DNA of 64,000 bases from Perna viridis. Lineage: Eukaryota. Under the pieces are notes generated by a model that saw nothing but the letters and a program-made list of their open reading frames with translations, did no database searches and was not told the origin of the DNA. Position 1 is the stretch's first letter; each line of letters begins with the position of its first letter. Shown piece after piece: positions 51,401-61,334 of the stretch. The position numbers and the translations under genes are program-made. The stretch lies in NCBI GenBank assembly GCA_037379345.1, contig CM074513.1, forward strand, positions 59,995,195 through 60,059,194, given 5' to 3'.

Positions 51401-54400
51401 CTAGCTCAATATCATATCCTAGGTTGTCTAGACTATTCTCTTTCTGTTTCATGAAACTTTATTGAATTGTTTCTATCTATTGATGTGAATTCCCTCTCCA
51501 TTTTTACAGATTTTTGATTTTTCAGTTTTGAGTTGTAGGACTTAATTTATACAAAAATTGGTTGATTTTCTGTTTTTAGGTATTCAATGTCCATGATAAT
51601 TAAATTGATTATTTGTTTGTAATGACATAAGCTCCAATTTAAATATTGAGGTATGGGACTTTTATTCATACTAAAAATGGGGTATTTTTTCAGACAATAA
51701 CTCAAACCACTGATAACTATTTGTGAATTGTTTATTTTTTTTTACTTTTTATTTATCCTCCTGAAGCAAATCTTTGGGGTATTTAGAAATCACATTGTCC
51801 ATCCATCTGTTTGTCCATCATTTATTCTCATGTTTATTTCAGTCATGAAGGAAGATCATGGTATACACCCCACCGAGGTCGGTTGTGGATAGCAGCCACT
51901 GCCAAGGCACCAGCTCTACAAGAAACAGCTGATGTAGAACATCAATACAGATATTTACTAAATGGTAACATAAGGTTCTTCTAGCAAGAGAAAAGTGAAA
52001 GACAGTTGCATATTGGAATCACCCTTTATTCATATTTCCCTATTTGCACTATACCTTGAAAATGCTTTTAGGTATTAATAAAGTAAATATTCATGACGTC
52101 ACAAGGATCGCTCCTTTTGGGAAGAACAATCTATCAATAAGTCAAGGCCAGTGGCCATGGGATTGAATAATTTTTTTTTTTCAATTTAATATTGGGGCTA
52201 GGGTAAAAAATGTCGCATGACACTATATTTTGAAAGTTACAAAAAATTACTTGGCTTATGAACCTTTAAATGAGTAACTTCTTGATTTCTTAAGGTTTAT
52301 TCACAAGGCACATAACTTAAAACATGGGTTTGTATTGGAAGCAATGGAAGTTTTTAACTGAATTTTTATGAAACTGTGACAAATTATTTATTTTTGTTGA
52401 TGTTTTTTTTAAAATTCTGATTATACATATTATAATTATACAAGAGTAATCAAGGGAATCAAGGTTATAGTGGTAATCAAAGAGTAATCAAGGGAACCAA
52501 GGTTATAGCAGTAATCAAAGAGTAATCAAGGGAACCAAGGTTATTATGGTAATCAGAGAGTAATCAAGGGAACCAAGGTTATAGCAGTAATCAAAAGAAT
52601 GTAATCCAGGGACAAAGACCAGACATGGATAACAGATATATGCAACAAAGAATATAAAGTAATTAAAATCATACATACAAAGTAACAAAAGCAAATGAGC
52701 AACTCGGACTCCACTAAAAACTGGGAGCATGGACCAGGTGCACTGGTAGGGTAAGCATCCTTTGCTTTTCTAAAAACACCCGCCGAGTTGCTCATAAAAA
52801 GTCAAGTCCGGGGTAGACAAACGAGGAAAGGAAAACTATGAGTTGAATAAATCAGTTTTCATGGTGCAGATGGATACACCATAATGATCCATGAGTTCAT
52901 GATGATGACCATAAAACTTCTGTAGTGATGACTTCAATCTTGTAGCAACATAACCCTGTTCCAGAAGCTTATTTGTTAGAGTTCTAGGGCGATACAAAAA
53001 GTCTGCATAGTTTCGCAAGCTCTGACATAAAGTATGAGTTGTGATATGAAAACTAAATACACAGGAGCTGAAGGGATGTTGCCACAGATGAAAGGAAAAC
53101 TGACAATGCTGAATGAAAAGTCATCACAAAAATTGGATGATTTCCTTTTGAGCTCACCTGGCCATAGGCAATGTGAGCTATTGCCATCACTTGGCATCTG
53201 TCACAGTCTTCTTCATTAACAATTTTTCAGAATTCTTCTTCTCTGAAACTACTAGCCGAATAAGAACCAAACTTAGTATGTATGTTTTTTGGTGTTTTCT
53301 GCATAGAACTGATGTGGGGACTCTTGATCTGTAAAAAAACATGGCTGCTATTACTAAAAATAGAACATAGGGATCACATATCTCCAAAACCGTTATGTTT
53401 AGTCAAATTCTGACATTGCAGAAGTGTTTAGCATGATGAGATCTATATGAGGTCAAATTTTGGTTTTAATCTGTAAAGTCATGTTGGAGCCTCTTTTCAA
53501 CTTTTTTTGCTATTTTAAATGTTATTTCTTTCAAAAATCTTCTCCTCTGACACTACTTGACCAATTAAAATCAAACTTGGTATGATGTTTCTTAGAGTAT
53601 TCTGCATAGAATTGGTATGGGGATTTTAGACCCGGGGAAAAACATAGCTGCCAGTACGAAAAATAGAACAAAGGGTTCAAACAGAAGTTTTTTGCATATA
53701 TCTCCATAACTGTTGGGTTTAGTCAAATTCTTTCAATTGCCGAAAGTCTGCATTGGATCAAAGATGTTGGAAACTCCTTGTTAGAGTTGTTACCCTTGAA
53801 AGGCAAAAAATGATGTGTTTTTTTTTCTTTTTTCATTTTTTATCCAATATCTTGGTAACTATGATAGATAGAAAGAAACTTTCAAATGCTGAAATGATCC
53901 TTATGAAAAGGCCTACAAAAGTCTGCATTGGATCAAAGTCATTGGTAGAACATTTAATCACAATCCAAAGTTAGAGCTGTATCAAGCTTGAATGTTGTGA
54001 TCATAAATTCCCAACTGTTCAAGGTTTGACTTCTATGGATGTACTCTACAAATGGATGGTATATTTGAATCATCTTGTCCATCTGTCTGTTCAAATAATA
54101 TTGCAATTTTCTTGGCTCCCATTGAATAGATTGATTTCAAATTAGGCATATGGCTTTATATAGATTCAGCATACCTGTGGTAAGAAATTGTCTATGCTGG
54201 CCATTACCAACTTCCTATTGGTGGGACTTCATCATTTTTCACTATATGATGGAATATACATTGTAAATAATTTGGGATGCTGGTTAATATCAACTTCCTG
54301 TTTCATTGGATTTTGCCATTTTCACTTTATGGAGTGATAGAGAAAATTTTCATCACAAAAATCTTGGCTGCCACCAAACAGATTAATTTCAAATGTGGTA

Positions 54401-57128
54401 TTTGGATTTATATAGATGGAGCTTATGTTGTAAGCAATTTGGTTGCTGTATATAGTATTTACTGGTATGATAGTCCAAGTTTCCTCTGACCCTGCAACCC
54501 TCCTCTTTTTTATTTGGATATTGATGTGTCAGGTTGGGGTCAGAATGATATGCCACACAAAAAGTTGGAGATTCAGCGATACCGCGGATTACCACCTTTC
54601 AATGGCTTGTTACGACTTTCAAGTTGAAATTGTGCATGACACACCTACCTAGTTTGATTCTGGAACCATTTTCCTGTATGCTGATACCAAATTTGCTACA
54701 AAAATTACATTTTTGGTTGCAGGGTCAGAGGAAATTCGGACTACTGGTATGAGTTAGGTTATACCTAGCATGACAACACATGCAACTTCATGTTTTTATT
54801 GTTAGACAAATACAATTGCTCCTCCATCAAGAGATAATGTCTGATATGTCTGATAACATTAAAGTTGTTATTTTACAGACCAGAAGCTTACATTCCCTAC
54901 ACATTACCCTGTGGCATGTTTGTTAGGTTGTGTAGATTTGGTGGAATGTTTACCACAGGATCAATATAGACAACAGGTATACTTACTTTGAGTAAGACGT
55001 GTAGTAGTGATTCAACTTGATGTTTAAAGTTTCACCGCAGTTATTTGTGGGATAAAAACAATGATATACTAAGTTAATTGAGGTGACCTTGGACATGAAA
55101 CAAGATCAGTAGTAGTTTACTGAGGCAACCTATGGAATAAAAACTTAATCATTAAAATTTAACCATTTTGGTGTCTCTGTAGAAAACCAGAAACAACATT
55201 CAGTAATCTTAAATTAGGTGGAGAATTAAAGTTCACCTAAACTAAAGAAATGACAATTTTAATGAAACACATGTGCATTATCTACAATGTAATTTTTATT
55301 TTACAGTTTCCAGATGGGGAGTCTATATCCCCGTATGTTTTTATATGTGAAAATCCACAAGAGCTAGTCGTCAAGTTTCCAATCAAAGGCCAACATAAAA
55401 TATGTAAGTTTTCTTCTTCATGCAATACCTAAAAAATTGTAATGGAAAATATTACAAACATTTCTGTTCTTTTAATACAGCCTAAAAATATTAGCAATTA
55501 TATAATGGTATCATGCTGTCATCCAGTATGGTGGACAGTTTACAGGCAATAATATAATGGTGTCATTCTGTCATCCAGCATGGTAGACAGTTTCCGGGCA
55601 ATTATATAATGGTGTCATGCTGTCATCCACCATGGTAGACAGTTTGCAGGCAATAACTTAAGTAATAGTGAATGAATTGCTATGAAATTATAACATGAGG
55701 TGCAATAACACAAAAGGAAGGCTGGGATTAATATTGACGATCGTGACTTGTTTATATACGACATCAAAAATTTGGTATGCTGTCAATATTGTCGTCCTTT
55801 AAACACTTCCACATCCGTTCAATAACTTATGTATAACTGTATAGATCTTTTTGAAATTTTACCACAAGATGTCATACCATTAATGAAAGCCTGGGATTGC
55901 TTTTAGGGGTAGTGACTTGAATTGTTTAGGAATTAGGGGACATAAAAGGGCATTTTCATGATACACAGACAATTACTTGAGTAGATGTGAATAGAGCTAT
56001 TTGAAATTCATATGCACATGAAATTAGTTCTAGAAGAACTAGACAGGATGTTTATAATTTGTTATTTACACCAAGATCTTGTATTGAATATTATAAAGTT
56101 TTGTATATACTGTAAAAGTACTTTAATTTGTGAATACAAATTTTCATGGATTACGGTATTAACGCATGTTCGTGGATTCTTGAATTCATGGTTTTGAGGT
56201 TTGCAGGATACGTATCAAGGAAAATCCTCATTTCGTTGGGAACTAAATTTCGTGGTTTGGTCTATCCACGAAAACCACGAAAATTGGTACCCCATGAATA
56301 ATAATAATTCTTTCACAGTATATGTATATGTACATATTATAATACAGGACCACTATGTGAACTAATATATCTTACTAATATGTGTTTATCCTGTCTAGAT
56401 AAAGGCTATAATTATTAAATTATATCAGAAGGTGTCCTACCACAAAATGAATGCTGGGATGTATTTTTGGGGTTGTGACTTGACCCATTTATGAATTAGG
56501 GGCCATAAAAGGGACCATTTTCCTGATATCTGGACAATAACTTAACCTCAAATTAAAGAATCCCTTTGATATTGTATCACAAGGTGCCATACCATCAAAG
56601 AAAGGCTTAGATAAATTTATTTGGGTTGTGACATAACTGTTTTGGAATGAGGGGGTCAAAAGGGTGAGTAAAATTTTTTTTTTATGTTCAAACAATAACT
56701 TGAGTAAATGTGAATGGATCTGTATAAAATTTTACCACAATGTGTTATGCCACAAAAAGAGAGTTGGGATTAAATTTGGGGGTCATGCCTTGAACTGTTA
56801 AAGAACGAAGGCGTAAAATGGGCCAGAAACCAAGCATTTTTAAGTCTGACCCTCTACAGTAATCTTTAATTGCAATATTTAATGCAAATCATAAAATAGG
56901 ATAAGTATACACTTTACCATTGTATGAATCATTTTTTTAAGGTATGAACAATGGCAAATTCCACATGTTCACTCCTCAAGTGTTAGAAAAGAAATTAACA
57001 CCCCTAAACAATGCCATGGTGTATTTGGTATAAGCTTTTAAATTTAGTTTTGCTTTTTTTATTTTGTAGATAAATTAGAAGGTCATATACACCAAGCTGC
57101 CAAGAAAGGATTGCGCAGTCCAGAGTGA
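27201..57128 (+). CDS. TRIP4: Activating signal cointegrator 1 (ASC-1/TRIP4), 557 aa: join(27201..27277,37635..37782,41323..41445,43059..43182,44143..44261,45898..46088,47405..47747,49489..49661,51843..51964,54879..54976,55307..55403,57070..57128)
   Basis: The translation has N-terminal W..Q.L...QYILSIE, a C2HC5 zinc finger (CECQAAKHKLINNCTRCGRVVCDQEGSGPCLFCG), RTQVIDDESDYF, KITLDFAGR and a C-terminal ASCH domain (CLSMHQPWA..LVKGIK.HEGRSWYTPHRGRLWIAA...KFPIKGQHKIYKL). Exon lengths sum to 1674 nt, in frame. Confidence 0.95.
27900..28669. mobile_element. Non-autonomous DNA transposon (hAT5-like), 13-bp TIR, 5-bp TSD
   Basis: TIRs cagtgtgggaaac / gtttcccatactg; TATTG duplicated on both sides. 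Confidence 0.75.
30765..31150 (-). mobile_element. L2/CR1-group LINE 3' end
   Basis: Minus-strand TFYYNAVRDWKTVPQ..K...NFKTGVKKYL, followed by a LINE-like 3' UTR. Confidence 0.65.
31859..35850. repeat. 4-kb modular satellite (43-55-bp units, roughly 80 copies) in TRIP4 intron 1
   Basis: gtaaattataga[ggta|ttatt]accagtaacttctccccaatc[acaatc]agacct[acatt]. Confidence 0.97.
37635..37782 (+). CDS. TRIP4: TRIP4 exon 2 (YILSIETAEDLKEYMLELLDG...FIHELLEKW...IFE)
   Basis: ttgttttag acceptor; gag|gtatta donor; similar to the ASC-1 N-terminus. Confidence 0.92.
39230..40497 (+). mobile_element. Helentron-type element with ~160-bp internal repeats; other copies at ~14520-15265, 19150-19940, 41750-42832, 50460-51105, 55745-56830 and 57975-58760
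   Basis: Recurrent modules gacaataacttgagt..gaatggatc..ccataccac..ggttgggattgattttggg..gaattaggggccaaaaaggg and a shared 3' box gagctgtatcaagcttgaa...gttcagggttcaacctctg. Confidence 0.65.
40026..40320 (-). mobile_element. LINE 3' UTR fragment with a (CTTAT)n tail, nested in another repeat
   Basis: The minus strand ends aaaataaagtcttcttatcttatttt. Confidence 0.45.
41323..41445 (+). CDS. TRIP4: TRIP4 exon 3 (VYRKPALGEENESLKKRAEKSSKKSEHPKKVHVNGNVNNSA)
   Basis: ctttttcag acceptor; gct|gtaagt donor; open Lys-rich frame, phase 0/0. Confidence 0.8.
41450..41557. repeat. 23-bp tandem repeat x~4.7 starting in the exon 3 donor
   Basis: gttgatatgggttacctgttatt. Confidence 0.9.
43059..43182 (+). CDS. 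TRIP4: TRIP4 exon 4 (DSHHVAKPQ...KKKNKFVPLFSQEGQERTVVRLQ)
   Basis: tgttttag acceptor; g|gtacag donor; conserved KKK.KFV.L...EGQ. Confidence 0.9.
43229..43528 (+). mobile_element. Short Helentron-type element
   Basis: ttatacc..ggggggttatataggaatcacc..ctgtc 5' end; gtgaggttgctcacagttttctagtt 3' hairpin. Confidence 0.5.
44143..44261 (+). CDS. TRIP4: TRIP4 exon 5, C2HC5 zinc finger
   Basis: GRHVCECQAAKHKLINNCTRCGRVVCDQEGSGPCLFCGHL; ttttgccag acceptor; ttg|gtaaaa donor. Confidence 0.96.
44505..45813. mobile_element. hAT-like MITE; a partial relative lies at 37812-~38400
   Basis: Perfect 12-bp TIR cagggttctcca / tggagaaccctg; decayed 8-bp TSD aaactact / ccactatt. Confidence 0.75.
44667..44929. 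mobile_element. Nested small MITE with many TTCACATGAAA subterminal repeats (CACTA/EnSpm-like)
   Basis: TIR tacacaggcaaa / tttgcctgtgta; interior built of ~11-bp repeats in both orientations. Confidence 0.75.
45898..46088 (+). CDS. TRIP4: TRIP4 exon 6 (VCTPEEVEILSRGSKKSEQLRHRLM...AVKHKDKLLDYDKT)
   Basis: Weak aatag acceptor; ag|gtcaga donor; conserved AVKHKDKLL.YD.TS. Confidence 0.92.
47405..47747 (+). CDS. TRIP4: TRIP4 exon 7 (ARRTQVIDDESDYF...KITLDFAGRQ...NPNIKQHAPQ)
   Basis: tttgtttacag acceptor; first cag|gtaggt donor at 47747/8, with alternative donors in the downstream array. Confidence 0.92.
47706..48685 (+). repeat. 51-bp tandem array x~19.5 of the TRIP4 exon 7 end plus 5' splice site
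   Basis: gtaggtcttaaagacattgtcagtcctgacataaaacagcatgctccacag. Confidence 0.97.
49489..49661 (+). CDS. TRIP4: TRIP4 exon 8 (FVEKP...RIQDRDLLIMSDDGQCLSMHQPWALLLVKGIK), start of ASCH domain
   Basis: tcttgcag acceptor; at|gtaggt donor. Confidence 0.95.
49670..50440. repeat. 31-bp minisatellite (6 + ~3.5 copies) split by a MITE
   Basis: tgacccaggcctttattacctcaccttgaac. Confidence 0.88.
49858..50321. mobile_element. MITE (Kolobok-like termini) splitting a 31-bp minisatellite
   Basis: TIR aggtcttactaaccacttc / gaagtggttagtgagacct (18/19 match). Confidence 0.7.
51843..51964 (+). CDS. TRIP4: TRIP4 exon 9 (HEGRSWYTPHRGRLWIAATAKAP...YRYLLN)
   Basis: tatttcag acceptor; g|gtaaca donor; ASCH GxKxxExR motif. 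Confidence 0.96.
52443..53127 (-). mobile_element. Penelope-like element 3' fragment, copy D, with a 4x38-bp reiterated 3' terminus
   Basis: DDFSFSIVSFPFICGNIPSAP...LLEQGYVATRLKSSLQKFYGHHHEL on the minus strand. Confidence 0.82.
53145..54040 (+). mobile_element. Helentron-type non-autonomous element (GCTCACCT family) with internal repeats
   Basis: 5' hairpin gagctcacctgg...gtgagc; relatives at 59979-60497; a matching 3' end caggtgagcgat..ggcctcttgtt at 531-557. Confidence 0.6.
54471..54743. mobile_element. Academ(H)-like MITE, 273 bp
   Basis: 29-bp TIR (27/29) with TAG...CTA termini; perfect 9-bp TSD CTGGTATGA at 54462-54470 and 54744-54752. Confidence 0.85.
54879..54976 (+). CDS. TRIP4: TRIP4 exon 10 (DQKLTFPTHYPVACLLGCVDLVECLPQDQYRQQ)
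   Basis: ttttacag acceptor; cag|gtatac donor; conserved FP..YP..CLLGCVDL..CL. Confidence 0.95.
55307..55403 (+). CDS. TRIP4: TRIP4 exon 11 (FPDGESISPYVFICENPQELVVKFPIKGQHKI)
   Basis: ttttacag acceptor; t|gtaagt donor. Confidence 0.95.
55494..55655. repeat. 52-bp tandem repeat x3
   Basis: gcaattatataatggtgtcatgctgtcatccagcatggtagacagtttacag. Confidence 0.85.
56108..56320. mobile_element. Short TA-flanked MITE (tactgt...acagta) with ttcgtgg internal repeats
   Basis: Inverted termini; related pieces near 4672-4740 and 6240-6325. Confidence 0.7.
57070..57128 (+). CDS. TRIP4: TRIP4 last coding exon (YKLEGHIHQAAKKGLRSPE*)
   Basis: ttttgtag acceptor; conserved KL...IHQ.AKKGL; TGA at 57126-57128. 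Confidence 0.93.
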
Positions 57129-57256
57129 TCTGTGATAAAGACAAGAGTTATCTTTCCTATGTGATCATAATACAAATATTCTGTTTTAACTGACAAAAGT
57201 TCTATTATTGTGCAACAAATCAAAACTGCATGGTTCCCATTAGTTAAGATTAATAG

Positions 57257-57566
57257 GGTCCATAGAAACTGCCGAACTTCTTAGATATGGTAAAAACTGG
57301 TCCATAGAAACTATCAAACTTCTTAGTTACGGTAAATACTGGTCCATAGAAACTATCAAACTTCTTAGTTACGGTAAAAACTGGTCCATAGAAACTATCA
57401 AACTTCTTAGATATGGTGAAAACTGGTCCATAGAAACTATCAATCTTCTTAGTTACGATAAAAACTGGTCCATAGAAACTATCAAACTTCTTAGATATGG
57501 TAAAAACTGGTCCATAGCTGTCAGAATTCTTAGTTATGGTTAATTTGGTCCATAGAAACTGTCAAA
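57257..57566. repeat. 42-bp tandem repeat x~7.5 in the probable TRIP4 3' UTR
   Basis: ggtccatagaaactatcaaacttcttagttacggtaaaaact. Confidence 0.92.
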
Positions 57567-58964
57567 ATGTTAAAATCTCTTATTTTCTCTGCTTATGTGT
57601 CTTCTTGTTCAATAATCTTTGCAGTTATTACACTAATATTGCTTATTGCCTTCACTATTTACATCTTGTGGCTTATGGACTCAAACAATGAAGAACGATT
57701 CATGTTATTAGACATATGCTGACTGGATTTTTCAGAAACAATAGATGCACTCAATTTTAAAAGTGATCAATATGTTATATTTTACAAGTGTTTTATTTCA
57801 TCTGTATGATCAAATGTGTATATTCCAATGCTCAGAAGTTAAATCCCAACAGACAAACAAATCCAACCTAAATATAGGTTATATAGACATAGTGATAATA
57901 ATCAACACCTTGGGACGAACTGATTCAACAGTTACCTCCAACTTTGTGAATATTTTTATACACCTTAAAAACTGGCTGTTTTATGATTGTATCATACTGT
58001 CTTTGTCGTTGTCTGTAAACATTTGATATCTGTACTGTAACTTGAGTATAAGTGTATGGATTTCTTTTAAGTTGTACCATAAGGTTCCATACCAAGAGAG
58101 GAAGATGTGCAGATAGACACTTGATTTTCATGTGATAACTTGAATATTAGTTGGTAGATCTTTATAAAATTTTATAAATTTTATAACCCTAACCACAAAA
58201 GGAAGGTTTGTATTGATTTAAGGGGTTATGGCCCCAATTATTTTAGATTTAGGTGCCAAAAAGGGGCTAAAAACAAGCATTTTATAGAATTTAACTATAT
58301 AGCTCCAGACTTGAGCATTTTAGAAATTAGGGACCAGGAACGTGTATTTTCATTGATATCTAGACAATAACTTTACTTTTATTGAAATTGTACTACAAGG
58401 TGCAGTGCCACCAAAGGGAGGTTGGGATTGATTTTAGAGGTTAAGACAAGTCAAGTAAGAATAAGGAGCCACAAAGGGGCAAGAAAAATGTCTTTTTTTA
58501 TTTATTTCTGGATAATGATATGAGTAAAAGGGAATTAATTGCTTTGAAATTGTACTGCAAGTGCCATACCCCAAGAGGAAAGTTTGGATTGATTTTGTAG
58601 GTGTAGACTACAACCATTAAGGGGCAAAAAAATTACTGCTTCAATTTAAATATCTAAACATAATCAGAATTCAGAGCTGTATCAAGTTTGAATAGTGTGT
58701 CCATGTTCAGGGTTCGACTTCTGTGGTCATATTTAGCAGTGCTGTGCAGAGCATTTTATTGGGAAATGATTTAAATAGTTCAGGGATTATCGGTTTAAAA
58801 GGGGCAAAAACAATCATTTTGCACAGTAATCAAAGTAGAAGTGTATGGATCTGCATAAAATTTTATCACAGTTAAATTTCTTAAAAGAAATGATTTCTTT
58901 TATCCTTAGGGACCATTAATATATATTTTCCTTTACCATAATTCGATAGCTAATTTCATGATCT

Positions 58965-59200
58965 TTTTCACCACCTCAGTGGTGTGGTCGTGAGGTTAAC
59001 CTGGGGGTTAATGGTTGGATGCTAAGGCAAAACTAACGCGGTAAAAATGGCAGTCACTGCTTCTCAGCTGGGCACGTATTATTTGAATAAGGACTGGTTG
59101 GAGTCAGAATAATATGCCCCAGGACAGTGACATATGTACCTGCGTGATTTTGCCTCTGTATGCTAACATATCAAAGACCCGCAAAGTGTTGGTACACAGG
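58965..59200 (+). mobile_element. Degenerate SINE of the same type
   Basis: gtaaaaatggcagtcactgcttctc...ggactggttggagtcagaataat, similar to the 6330 copy. Confidence 0.55.
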
Positions 59201-59978
59201 GTCAACTCAATGGGTCATTTTTCACACGGTATGAACGCTACTTATTAACAATATATCAGACTTGAAGAGGTTTAAAAAGTGAATACTGAGTAAGATGGAT
59301 ATGATGCACACCAATCCAATGACTAATACGCACGGCAATCAGTGAAAATTGTACACACCACTATCAATGTAAATTGTACACATCACAATGACAACCAATT
59401 CCAAAATACACTATGAATAATGAAAACGTTACACATCATAAATGTCTAATTGCAGGTTTTTAAGTTCTGTTACCACTTTCATTATGGTTGATTCTGTGCC
59501 AGATATTTTTCACAACCAAAATTCAGAGTTGTTTCAAGTTCGAATGTCTTGCCCTAACTGCTTATGATTTGTTCTTGGCGGTCGTGTCCTGCTCCACAAA
59601 GCATTATATTCGTCTGGCTTTATATCAGGTTGTTTGACTGATTGGAAATACATACATACATGTGTTTGATATGATAGGCATGATACGTACATGTATTTGA
59701 TATGATAGGCATGATACATACATGTATTTGATATTGATGTTGCCTGAAAGACTTGTTTTGCTTTTGACACATTTTTTTTTCAAAAAAAGGAATACAGTAC
59801 CACGTCTTCATACTTGAAACAGAACTGACTAATAAAGAAAAGACACACACCATGACTTTAATTCTAATACATAACTGGCAAATGAAGGAAAGACATAAAA
59901 ATCAAATGGTTGCTCCCTTTTTAGACAGAGTGTATTACCAAAGGTCCATATGAGCTTATGCCCGTCTTTGTGTTTACA

Positions 59979-60497
59979 TTTTAGCTCACCTAGCCGAAGG
60001 CCATGTGAGCTATTGCCATCGTCGTCCGTTAACAATTTTTCAAAAATATTCTTCTCTAAAACTGCTGAGCGGAATTATATGAAACTTTGCACAGATGTTC
60101 CATATAAGGGTATCTTGCCCAAAAGATGTGTTCTAATTTTTTATCCGTTCAAAAAAATTGGTCGCCAATACTGAAAATAGAACATAGGGGTCAGACAGTA
60201 GTTTTTCGCAAATATCTCCAAAACCGTTACGTTTAGCCAAACTCTTTCAATTGCTGAAATGATCCTTATTATAAGGCCTTCAAAAGTGTTCGGGGATCAA
60301 AGTTGTCTGGCGACTCCTTGTAAGATTATTGCCTTTGAAAGATGAAAAATGACGGGTTTTTTTTACAGTTTTCAGTCAATACTAATATCTGGAAAACTAT
60401 GATAGAAAGAAAGAAACTTTCAAGTGCAGAAATGATCCTTATGATAAGTCCTACCAAAGTCTTCTTGAGCCAATATTGTTGGACAACTCCTTGTTCA
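59979..60497 (+). mobile_element. Helentron-type non-autonomous element (GCTCACCT family), interrupted
   Basis: ttttagctcacctagccgaaggccatgtgagctattgccatcgtcgtccg. Confidence 0.65.
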
Positions 60498-60603
60498 AGA
60501 GTAATCAAGGGAACCAAGGTTATAGCAGTAATCAAAAGAATGAAATCCAGGGACAAAGACCAGAATTGGAAAACAGACATACACAACAAAGAACAAAGTA
60601 ATC
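60498..60603 (-). mobile_element. Penelope-like element extreme 3' end, copy E
   Basis: agagtaatcaagggaaccaaggttatagcagtaatcaaaagaa, identical to the copy D terminus. Confidence 0.75.
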
Positions 60604-60604
60604 G

Positions 60605-61300
60605 ATTCAAGATTAAATGCTTCAAAAGTATCAAGTCTTTATTGAACAATACTGGTCTTGGGTACATATTTTCGAACCGAACAGACATGATCCATAAGAA
60701 AGTATATTTGAAACCAATTTTATCAGATCAGTTTATTTCAAATCGGAACATGTCTGTCTATGATTCCTCTAGGGGACAATTTTGTGGCACATTTAAATGG
60801 AAATTGGAAAAATACTTACTCCGATTAAATTTGAATGATAGGATATGGTTAACCAAATTTAGAGTTTACAATTTATGTATACCTATATAGGAGGGTGAAA
60901 AAATATCCCAAATCAAAACAGTTTGTCGCTTATGTGAAAACTGTATTGGTGATGAATTTCATTTGCTATTTGTCAGCATGTAGTCATCGTGAATAATAGG
61001 AATAAGCTATTACCAAATTAAATAAAAAACCCAAATTTGTCTAAAATGCAAGGTCTGTTGTCAATTTGTAATGTGGAGGTTTATAAATGACTTACAATTT
61101 TTATTAAGAAAGTTGCTATTATGTTTTGATAACTGCTGTGTATTTGAATATTTAAATGTATTGATATCATTTTATTTATTGATTTATTTAGCATTATTTT
61201 ATATCACCATTTCTTTTCTTTAATGATTCCAGTGTGTTATCATTATATTTATATATCCATGTTACATATATAATATGTCTGAGTTAAATTGAATTAATCT
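60605..61300 (+). mobile_element. RTE-X/L2-like LINE ORF2 C-terminus with CCHC knuckle and 3' UTR
   Basis: IKSLLNNTGLGYIF, LSDQF, LEKYL, LTKFR..N..IPI, LC.NCIGDEFHLLFV. Confidence 0.75.
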
Positions 61301-61334
61301 TGAGTCACAATCAATGACCAAATGCACATCACAA

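Noticed and set aside
60342-60890. 182-aa ORF
   Set aside because: Chance read-through of three adjacent repeats: a Helentron-type element, the antisense PLE end and a LINE C-terminus.
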